Source: Carpediemonas membranifera BICM
Lineage: Eukaryota; Protista; Fornicata
NCBI GenBank assembly: GCA_019828565.1
Contig: JAHDYR010000066.1
Span: 520,325 to 584,324, forward strand
DNA: 64,000 nt
Direction: 5' to 3'
Shown: positions 45,321-55,025 of the stretch, in pieces
Layout of the letters: the number at the start of each line of letters is the position of its first letter
Position numbering within the stretch: position 1 is the first letter of the stretch
Notes under the pieces: generated by a model
What the model was told of the DNA's origin: nothing
The model's input: the letters and a program-made list of their open reading frames with translations, nothing else
Database searches by the model: none
Translations under genes and position numbers: made by a program

Positions 45321-45620
45321 GCTCACTGCCTCCCACGGTGGATCCGCTGGTATTGTTGGCTAACCTGCACAGCGGTCGGAAGCAGCCAGTCATGGTGAGA
45401 CCGTGGCTGACAGCAGGACGTATTGTACTGGGAATCATCGACACCAGTTCACCAGAACGTCGCCCTGACTCGCTCATTGTCCTTGAGCACGGGTTCTGTC
45501 ATGCCCGACATCAATTGACCGCGGTGAGGCGTGCTGGACTCACCTCGGCTTGTCGCGGCCCACCTTCCTCGCCGTGGGTGAAAACTCGACTCGGCTCGGG
45601 CAACAAGAGCACAATTTCGC

Positions 45621-46196
45621 ATGGGAACAAAAGCCGACGTAGAGGAATCAAGGTTCGCGCAAGGATGGACTTTATGGTTCGATAACCCTTCAATGAGACG
45701 GCAAGCGAATGTGATTCACACACAGCAGCAGTGGATCAGCAACCTCAGTGCGATAGCGACGTTCAGCTCAATCGATAGGTTTTGGGCCACCTACGACTGT
45801 ATATGTCGCCCTGGAACAGAGATGCCCATAGGTGCAACCTACTACGTCTTCAGGGATCACTGCAAACCGACGTGGGAAGATCCAGCCAACAGGGGTGGCG
45901 GCCAGTGGTTCACAGCCACTGACCTCTCGTTCAGCGAAGAGATGGATCATGCCTGGCTGCAGCTTGTCCTTGCTATCATGTCCCAGCCCGAGAAATACAA
46001 CGCAGACAACGCCATCGTTGGCGTAACAATGCAGGTCCGGTCACGTCAGGGCTACCGGTTGGGCGTGTGGTGTAGCGGCGAGGTGGACGATGAAAGCCTG
46101 CTGACGGCCGGGCGGCTGCTGAAACGGTATGCAAACTACCGGGCCACGATGACGTATCAGTCATGGATGCGGGGTGGGCCCCAGCTCACGGTCTAG
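45621..46196 (+). CDS. EIF4E: Translation initiation factor eIF4E family protein
   Basis: WTLWFD, IDRFWATY, YYVFRDHCKPTWEDPANRGGGQW and RLGVW motifs. Confidence 0.92.
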   Translation: MGTKADVEESRFAQGWTLWFDNPSMRRQANVIHTQQQWISNLSAIATFSSIDRFWATYDCICRPGTEMPIGATYYVFRDHCKPTWEDPANRGGGQWFTATDLSFSEEMDHAWLQLVLAIMSQPEKYNADNAIVGVTMQVRSRQGYRLGVWCSGEVDDESLLTAGRLLKRYANYRATMTYQSWMRGGPQLTV

Positions 46197-46393
46197 ATAA
46201 CATTTTATTGTGCACATCGTCTTTAAATACAGTTTAACCATGCATTCTTGCTCCAGCACTAGGTGACCCGGGCAGAGAGCGGCGAGCTGCTAATGACACC
46301 ACACAAGCAGTGCCGGCTATCCCCATCATATTGTGTGAATCCTGCCCTATCCGGTACCTGGGGCTGCGGGTGACCAGCTGGCCAATTATAGCA

Positions 46394-48209
46394 ATGGACT
46401 ATTCCCAGGCAGGACAGCCGCAAGGCATCTACAGCGATCCAAATGCTCCACAGATACAGCCACAGGGAATGTATGGTGATCCGAATGCGCCGCAAGAGCC
46501 TCCGCATGGCACATACGGCGACGTGAATGCGCCACAGCTCTTCCAGCAGCCCACATACAGCGAAATGCCGATGCTCCAGCGCATGGACACCATTCCCTCC
46601 CAGCTCCAGGACCGTGTGGGCTCTACGGCCGTCATGGAGCTCTCTGTCGGGCTTAGGAATCTTCCCAACCTCGACGTGCTCAGCAAGACAGACCCGATTG
46701 TGTGCATCTACCAGCTGAAGAGTGGCCAGCTTGTCGAGGTCGGCCGAACGGAGATCATCAAGGATTGCCTGAATCCGGACTTCACTGACAAGATCCGGAT
46801 CAACTACTATTTCGAGACCAATCAGCAGCTCGTCATTCGAGCATTTGACATTGACGACTGGAACTCAGCTGACATGCGGCGGCAGGAGTTCATTGGCGAG
46901 ACGTCCATGCAGCTTGCATCCATCCTCATGGCGCCCCGCCAGTCCATCACACAGACACTCAAGCGAAATGGGAAAGCCCGGGGTGACGTCGTGGTATCCG
47001 CAGAGCAACTGACACAGTCGTCTCAGGCTGCCCAGTTCCAGTTCCGTGTTTCCAAGGTGGCTGCGAAGGACCTCTTCACGTCGGACCCGTTTCTCGCGAT
47101 CCACCGGTCGACGGAGGCCGGGACGGGGTTCACCCCCGTATGGAAGAGCGAGGTCCACAAGCGGGCGAAGAAGTGCTCGTTCAGGGAGCGCACGGTCGAC
47201 CTGCTCACGCTCTGCAACGGCGACACGGCCCGGCCTCTCAAGCTCGTCCTCAGTGACTGGAACAGCAGCGGCGGTATGTCGGACCCCTACTTCTCACACA
47301 GATCATGACCTCATCGGAGAGGTAACCGCGAGCGTCGACCAGCTCGTCGACCTCGCCAGAGGCGGGCAGACACTGACGTTTACTGACCCGACCGCCAAGA
47401 CCGCCAAGAAGATGCGAAAGCCGCGAGGACTGCTTCATGTTCTCCGTTTCGACGTGGTCGACACCCCCTCATTCGTCGGCATGCTCGAGCGGGGCCTCCA
47501 GCTGCACCTCACTGTCGCCATCGACTTCACCGCCTCCAACGGCAACCCGGCAGACGCCCGCTCCCTCCACTACATGGGCGACCCTAACCGCCCCAACGAG
47601 TACCAGCAGGCGATCAGGTCCGTGGGCGAAGTCCTGGCGCCGTATGATCTCCGGGGCATGTTCACGACCCTCGGGTTTGGCGCCGCCCTGCCACCCCGAG
47701 GCCAGACGTCGCACTGCTTCTTCCTGGCTCCCGGCGATGGCTCCGTCGTCGGGCCTTACGGTGTCGAAGCCGCGTACCAAACGACGCTGTCACAGGTCCG
47801 ACTGTCCGGCCCGACCCTGTTCGCCGGACTGGTCGCAGACAGGGCCAGACAGGCCCAGAGTCGCGGGCCGGGTCACTACGACGTCCTGCTGCTGCTGACA
47901 GACGGGGTTCTGATGGACGCCCGTGCAACAATCGATGCCATCGTTGCTGCAGCTCGCACTCCACTCTCAATCATCATTGTCGGTGTCGGCGGTGAGGACT
48001 GGACAACGATGAACGTGCTCGACGCTGACGACGAGCCGCTCGTGTCCTCCACTGGTGAACGGATGGCGCGGGACATCGTCCAGTTCGTCCCGTACCGCGA
48101 GGCCGCTGCCCAGTCCTGTATTGCCCAGGAGACTCTGGCGGAGTTGCCCGACCAAGTGGTGGCCTGGTCGCGGGTTGCCGCGGGGATGGGTGTCCCCTTC
48201 GTGGAATAG
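46394..48209 (+). CDS. Copine (C2-C2-vWA); intron 47274-47301
   Basis: LDVLSKTDP, DCLNPDF, SDPFL, DWNSSGDHDLIG (after splicing), VAIDFTASNG, LLTDG and RDIVQFVP; three ~14-aa PxGxYxDxNAPQ repeats at the N-terminus. Confidence 0.95.
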
Positions 48210-48410
48210 TGGTAAATGCTGATGTCGCCTGGCAAATTCCAGCTTGGCACGCCACACCGGCTGAAATGGAAAGTAATTATGAAGCACCCTGACCTCCGCC
48301 ACTGTACGTGTGGAAGTGCTGCCCTACATACGCGATGCGCAGACCCAGACCCGAGGCCAATAAAGCATGTCGACTGTGCATATTTTGCAAAGCCTTCCAG
48401 CAGTATCAAC

Positions 48411-48683
48411 ATGCCAAAGTTCGAAAATGATGAGGCTTCGCCACTAAGTGACATGGTATCCGTCTATCAGGCGGTGTCTTTGTTCTTGTGCGTTCTTAGC
48501 ATCACTCTGTATCGACTCGTTGGCCTCGCACCTCTCTACATCAGTCTGATTCCATCTGTAGCAACTCTCTGCAACATTACGAAGCTGAGAGCGCGAATTG
48601 ACCAAACATTACTGGCTCTGGTCCCCCTTTTCTGCATCATTGCGCTGAAGTTCACTCCTATCGGTGACTTCTTTGAAGGATGA
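48411..48683 (+). CDS. Small membrane protein, possibly Asterix/PAT10 (WDR83OS)-like
   Basis: About 90 aa with ~3 hydrophobic helices and an N...Q spacing reminiscent of Asterix; weak resemblance only. Confidence 0.4.
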   Translation: MPKFENDEASPLSDMVSVYQAVSLFLCVLSITLYRLVGLAPLYISLIPSVATLCNITKLRARIDQTLLALVPLFCIIALKFTPIGDFFEG

Positions 48684-48720
48684 AGGATTATGACTAAAAC
48701 AAAGTAAACTCCCGGCTAGT

Positions 48721-50476
48721 TTAGTGATACTGTGGCTTCCACTGGGAATTCTTCGCGAATTGAACCAAATCTCCAGCTGGCCGCTGAGCGGTGGCGATGC
48801 CCTCCTCGTAAGCCATCTCCATCACGGCCGCAGCAACCTTTGCTGACACATCGCGGATGTCTCTGAGATTTGGGAGCAGCATGCCATTGGACACCTGCTC
48901 GTCGGGCACAGACATGGCACAAGTGGTGGCTGCGGCTGCGATCATACGGTCTGTGATGACGGACGCCCCAGAGAGCATGGCGCCGTGGCCGATGCCGGGG
49001 AAGACGTACATGTTGTTGCACTGAGACAGGGGGATCTTCCTGCCCTCGAAGTCGACGTCGGGCATGGGGGAGCCCGAGGCGTACACCGCCTTGCCGTGGG
49101 AGTAGTCGCTGCACTGCTGGGCCAGGATCTCGCACTTGGACGTGGGGTTCGAGAGGGCGAATACGACAGGGTGCTCGGTGTTCTGGCAGAGGCCCTGGAT
49201 AACGTCCTCGGTGATGGCCCCGGGCGTGGCACTCAGCCCGAAGATCGCGGTGGCCCCTACTTCATGCACGAGCTCCGACAACGAATACTTGGCGCCGCCG
49301 TTCAGCTTCTTCACGAATGGCGCCTGGTGAGCCCCCAGTCTCCCATCCATGGGGTGCTGCAGCAGGCCGTCGCGGTCAACGAGGTAGAAGTGCCGACGGG
49401 CCTGCTCGATCGTGTAGTCGGGGGCGACCAGGAGCTGGGCGAGGGACTCGGCCACGCCCATGCCGCCTGCACCGGCTCCCAGGAAGACGAATGTGTGGTC
49501 TCGGGGACGGGTGCCTGTTGCCCGGCAGGCGTTGAAGAAGGCCGCTGCAGCGACGCAGCCTGTGCCCTGGATGTCGTCATTGAACGCCCGGTAGTCGTAC
49601 CTGTACCCGTCTAGCAGGTCGAACGCGTGGTCCTTCGAGAAGTCCTCGAACTGGAGGACGCAAGAGGGCCACTTGTCCTTGACGGCGGCGACAAACTCGT
49701 CTAGGAAGCTTCTATAGGTCTCCTCGTCGGGGTGGCCGTCCATTGCGCCGAAGTAGTGTCCGGCTCGGTCAGACGTCGTCCCGAGGTCGAGGGTGATGGG
49801 GAGAACGCGGGAGGGGTCGAAGCCGGCGCCGACAGTGTAGAGGGCAAGCTTGCCGACAGGGATGCCGTGGCCGTTGATGCCAATGTCCCCGAGACCGAGG
49901 ATTCTGGTTCCGTCTGTGACGACGATGATGTCGACCTCGTTATACCAGTTGTCCAGGATCTTACGGATGCTGCCAGCCATGCTAGCGTTCAGGTACATGC
50001 CCTTGGGCCAGGAGCGCCAGATATCAGAGTACTGGACGCACGCAGCGCCAACGGTGGGGGTGTAGACGATGGGGAGAGTGTCCTCAATGTGGGTGAGAAG
50101 GAACTTGAAGTAAAGAGTCTCGTTGGCCTGCTGGAGGTGGTAGAGATAGATGAACTTGTCTATATCAGTGGTAAGCTGTCTCCATTGCCCCTCGCATCGG
50201 GACATTTGCTGCTCGATCGTCTCGACGCGTGTGGGCAACAAGCCTGTGAGTCCAAATCGCTCCCTCTCCTCCAAAGAAAAAGCAGTGTCCTTGTTCCTAT
50301 GTTAGATATCGGGCACCGACGTACTGGAACTGGTTCCGGAGCAGGGCATATCCTGTGGGAACGCTATCAAGGTTGGATGCGAGAGAACGAGAGCACACTG
50401 AAGATAGAAATGGCGGTGTAAAGGTTCCAAATAGAAAAGACTGTGTGAAAGTTGTTTTGGTTAGTCTGGACAGCAT
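48721..50476 (-). CDS. ME: Malic enzyme with N-terminal presequence; intron 50297-50324
   Basis: NKDTAFSLEER (after splicing), YTPTVG, TDGTRILGLGDIG, QFEDF, FNDDIQGT, GAGAGG, LSNPT and NNMYVFPG. Confidence 0.95.
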
Positions 50477-50690
50477 TGGAGCTTGCAGCAAATTCGAATG
50501 TCATGGCTCCAAAAAATGATGAGACAAAAGAGGGGCCCATGTAAGACGCCGATGAGTCGTTGTTGATGTGCAACACCGATGCCGAGCACGAACTTGCTTG
50601 GGGTCGCTTCGGGCTGGAGAGTCATCATAATTCACTATTATTATTATTAAAAAGGTTGCATTACTGTGTAGGGTTCTCGTCGGTTAAACA

Positions 50691-51700
50691 TGTTGTTGTA
50701 TCGTTGTGTTTATTGAGTTCGTAAGCTAGGTCCGCAGACCCGGGTTCGCAGGCCCAGGGTTCGCACCCTGCTGCCTGGACCCGACCTCACTTCTCCCCTG
50801 AAGGCGAATCTCCTGGTGAGCTTCCAGATACTCATCGAGTGCAGCGAGATCCTTCGCATCCTTATAGGGAATCCATGAGTCGTCCTCAGGTCCGTACCCG
50901 TCCCAGCGGATCTTGAACTGCCACTGCGTCTTCGTACGGCCTGGGCGATGAGCAATAATCCGTTCGACTAGATATGAATCGTAATCTAGAGAGACGAGTT
51001 GGAGCGGATCGATCGTCGTGCCTGTGTAAGGGATCACTCGAGTCGCGTGATAGCGGAGGTCGGTCTTCGTCTCCGGGTTCCTGACACGGTAAATATCGTC
51101 GATAAATTCCTGAACCTCGTATGGTCCAAGATATAGGGGAGCCAGACGGTCAGGCCTCCTATTGTCGGGATGCGTGATCAGAACCTTTGTTCCGATAGGT
51201 AGGGGCTCAGTCATAGCCTGCGACTCCTCTCGGGCAGTCAGGAAGGCGTTCTGAGTCTGCTGTGTTTTTTTTCGATGACCAGGCGCTGTGCTTCGATCAT
51301 CGCTTGCATATACGCCTGAGTCGGTTCGGCATGTTCGCTATCCCTTCCCCCCTCGGTCGACAAGAGGTTGGCAGCAAGGTCGATAGCGCCAAATGACATG
51401 ATCTTCGAGGGCTCAATGCCCGTTGTCGCGCAAGGAGTCGCGTTCACAATGCGCTGTACCATCGGTAGGTAGGTCGACCACGAATCGCGGAGTCGCCTCT
51501 CGTTAATAAGGACTCGGATATGCCAATTGAGTTCTCGGTTGGCTCGTTCAACGAGTCCGTTCGCTCGGTGATGATATGGTAGGGTGAGGATTCGCTTCAC
51601 CTTGAGTATCTCGCACAACGCTTGGACTGCCGTTGCAGTGAACTGAGCACCTTGGTCAGTTCTAAGGGCGGTAGTGAGAAGAGAATTCGTTTACTTGGGG
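50691..51700 (-). mobile_element. 3' part of a Ty3/Gypsy chromovirus-type LTR retrotransposon (integrase, chromodomain, PPT, short candidate 3' LTR)
   Basis: LRTDQGAQFT, PYHHRANGLVERAN, YLGPYEV and YLVERII...FKIRWDGYGPEDDSW. One frameshift in an A8 run (51265-51272). Purine tract AGGGGAGAAG (50799-50790) is followed by TG...AATAAA...CA (50789-50691). Confidence 0.88.
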
Positions 51701-51835
51701 AAATCCGCATAGTTGACCAAAGATCAATCGTTGTCAAACCCACGTCACTACCCCCTTCGACGAGAAAAACCCACCTGCTGAAGGAAGGGAAAAGAAGGTA
51801 CTTAGTACTTGTCGAGGGACTTACGAGCTTTGCGT

Positions 51836-52975
51836 GAAAGAAGAAAGAAAGAAATTTACGTTTGCCTGGTATCAGGCCCCGGACTGAGCTTGCTTTCCCA
51901 TTATCCTGGAGCTGAGTGCTCCGGGGCACGGCCTAATCCCTGTCCTGAGCTGTCAGCAGCGCTCATTTCTTGGATCAGGTGCCTACTGCGTCCGCTGATA
52001 GATGATTCCACTCGCCCCATAGGCCCTTCGGCCTTCTCCGTGCGCTTGGCGCTTTTCTGTCATCCCTGGGAGTCCGGCAACTGTCCAGGGAGTCTGGGGG
52101 TCTGTCCTCGGAGCCCGTGACAGGCAGGTTCGTCCTGCAAGGCCTCTGCTATAGCGTCCTCTGTTTCCCTGCTGTCTCTGCATCGTCGTTCAACTACGGC
52201 ACCTTCTCATCTTTCTAGTTGCCTCTGATCCGTGCCCCCTGCGGCCCTGTTAAGTGACCAACCCGAAGGCGGGGAAAGTCGCCGAGTCTCTGGAGTCTAC
52301 CCCGGTTAGGTGGCGTGGGTCAGCGGCAGCCCCAAGCGCTAGGCCCGGTTGTCCCTGTTACCCCTTACTCCAGTTCTCTCGCGCTACACTTCACTGAGTC
52401 CCTGTATCGTTAACAAAGGCGGTGGGGACGCCATGTCCCCCCGTACCTGTGGCCAGTCCCTGCAGTTCCCTTAGGTTCACAGTGGCTGGTGCAACCACAC
52501 ATGTGGATTTGTCCCTGCTTGTGGTTAGTCTGGGTCCCTGTACCCTGTTTGCGTTCTCATTTGTTTTTCTCTATGTACTATGGTCTGGTGCTACCGGTAT
52601 ATGAGGGGTTTCCCCCTCCGATCCCAGGAGCTCTGGATCCCTGTAGATGTGATTACCTGACCTTACCCTGTTGCCCTTCCTACTTTGCCCTGTAACTGTC
52701 GTAGACCTTCCCTAACTCTCTGGGCCCGGCTCTTGGCCCCTCCCATATATCGTCGGATCCCCATACCATGAGCTGTTGGAGCTCTAGTAGTGGCCTTTCC
52801 CTGTACCATCCGCCGTGTGGTCCTGATCTGACTTCGAGGTCCCTTGTGCTCCTTACGGCCTTCCTCCATATCTCGCTCCAGCCTTTTCCTCTGTCTACTG
52901 TAATGGATGGGTATGGTGGTCTTTGGTCCACTTTTCCTCATTCTCCATGTGTGAGTGCCCGGCATTGTTAGGTCT
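51836..52975 (-). mobile_element. APE-type LINE copy C, 3' part: ORF2 C-terminus, structured 3' UTR and TTTC-rich tail
   Basis: 52680-52904 encodes VDRGKGW...LELQQLMVWGS...RELGKVY, homologous to 58206-58425. 51836-52510 is homologous to 59438-60123. Confidence 0.85.
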
Positions 52976-52977
52976 GC

Positions 52978-53622
52978 TACGACCGCCGGAACAACGATCA
53001 TGACGATCGCCGGGGCGATAGGGACTACGACCGCCGCGATGACAGAGCCGGCCACAGCGAGACGGAACTCCTCGACAGGGACGCATTTGGCCCGGACAGC
53101 TGGTCCACCACCGGGAGTGGCAGGGGTAGCAACAGGGACAGCACGACTTCCAAAGGCTTCAAGCGGAAGGACGGCGGCCGGAGCAACGAGAACGGCCTAG
53201 CAGACCCAGCAGATGGCAAGCGAAGCAGGGAAGATGAGGACCAGGACCAGACGTCTGGAAGCAGACAGGCGTCTGACTGGGAATCGGACAGACTCCGCCT
53301 TCAGAAACAGTTAGCTGAGGCTCAGCAGACGATCTCCAAACTCAAGGCAGCCCAGATAGCCGCACAGGAGCAGGGACCGGCAACCAGCAGTGAGGCCTCG
53401 ACAGTGGCCCCAGGGCCCGGAGGGGAGAAGACGATCACCATGGTGCCGAAGCGGAAGAAGAAGGCCAAGGCCAAGAAGCAAAGGATGGCCACCCAACCCA
53501 ACCCGATGATGGACGCCATGGCCCAGTTCATGAACATGATGGCGAGCATGCAGAGCCAGATGGGCCTACAGGAACAGGGCACAGGCGACAGTGACAGTGA
53601 TAGCCAAATGGAGAGCGAGTAA
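52978..53622 (+). pseudogene. LINE ORF1 C-terminal fragment (5'-truncated)
   Basis: Open frame YDRRNNDHDDRRG...LQKQLAEAQQ...KRKKKAKAKK...ESE* directly upstream of the APE ORF. Confidence 0.6.
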
Positions 53623-53964
53623 TCAGGGTAAAGCAGTATTCTTTCAGTGACAAGTAACAGTTCGACGTTAGACAACTTGTCCTGGAAAGCGTTGGCGATC
53701 GCGGTGCTCTCTTGGACTCCCACCCAGGGCCTGGCATTAGTTTATGGACACTGCCAGTGGGCTGCGACGGCGGCCAAAGGGGGGGTCACGCCATTGCGCC
53801 CCCTCCTAAATGCGCCTGCCTGACGATGGAAGGTCACCAGGAATTGCGGAAGCTGGCCTACCCAGGGACACCGAGGCCGGCACTGAGGGGCCCAGGGTAG
53901 GACAGGGACTTACACAGACAAAATTTTCCGGAATTCGCAGAATAAGGGGAACGGAGTACAGCAA

Positions 53965-55025
53965 ATGGAAACATTCAGAATAGTCAGTATGAACACGCAG
54001 GGACATATCGGACGCGGAAAAGACTTCACAGCGTCAATGGCTACCGCACTACAAACAAGACTAGGAGATATCGAAGCCATATGCATACAGGAGACCTGGA
54101 GAACGGCAAACACAAGAGTAAACCACTTCATCGACTTTGACTATGCGCTAGCAGGGAAAGAAACAGAGGAAGAACTGGCAACAAGGAACGAAAAGCGGAA
54201 GAAGGATGTCCTAAGTCAACACCGCATTAGCAGACAGATAGGTATAGCAGGGGACGATGAGCCGACGCCCAAATGGCGGGGGACCAGGGAGGGCATAGGA
54301 ACAATCGTCAGCCCGCATGCAAAGGGGGCATGGGACGTAGGCATAACGGACAGCCTGTCGGGAAGAATCCAAGCGAGCGTTATGCGGACACAAAGGGACA
54401 TACTCATAATCAACGTTTACGGCCCACCATGGGATCATAGGAAGGAGGAGAAGGACATGTTCAGGGACAACGTGCTGGAGATACTAAAAATGAAAGGGAG
54501 CATGGAGGCTATCATCATTGGAGACTGGAACATGAGCCCGGATCAGTTAGCTACAGGGGCCAGATGGAGGGACATGATGAGGAGACACGGGCTAAGGGCT
54601 ATCAAACCAGGGACAAGCACCCTCACGACAGGAACAACGACACCGGACTTCGCGGCGGTCACAGCAGGAATCAGGGGAGCAAGGATAGAAGTCCAAGAGT
54701 CTACCGAGCTTGGCGTATGGGGGTCGGCCCATAACGGTATCAGACTAGAATGGGAAGAAGCAGGGACCGATGGGAACACAACCTACGAGGAAGACCTAAC
54801 AATGCCGGGCACTCACACATGGAGAATGAGGAAAAGTGGACCAAAGACCACCATACCCATCCTGAATAGAGAGAAGAGCATCGACCAGTGGGAGGAGTCC
54901 ATCAGGGCACACATAGGCACCCCAGCAAGCAAAGGGAAGGACAGGGAGAGAGAGAAAGTGTTCAAACCGAGCGTATGGAGTGACCTAGCCCGAACCCCGT
55001 GGACGGAAGCAGGAAACAGGGACAG
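53965..55025 (+). pseudogene. LINE ORF2 N-terminal apurinic-like endonuclease, truncated at 55025
   Basis: SMNTQG, CIQETW, INVYGP, IIGDWN, PDF and SAH (the canonical SDH carries D>A). Confidence 0.88.

Noticed and set aside
51700-51835. Continuation of the integrase N-terminal part
   Set aside because: In-frame stop upstream of LRTDQG and only vague similarity in other frames; origin unresolved.
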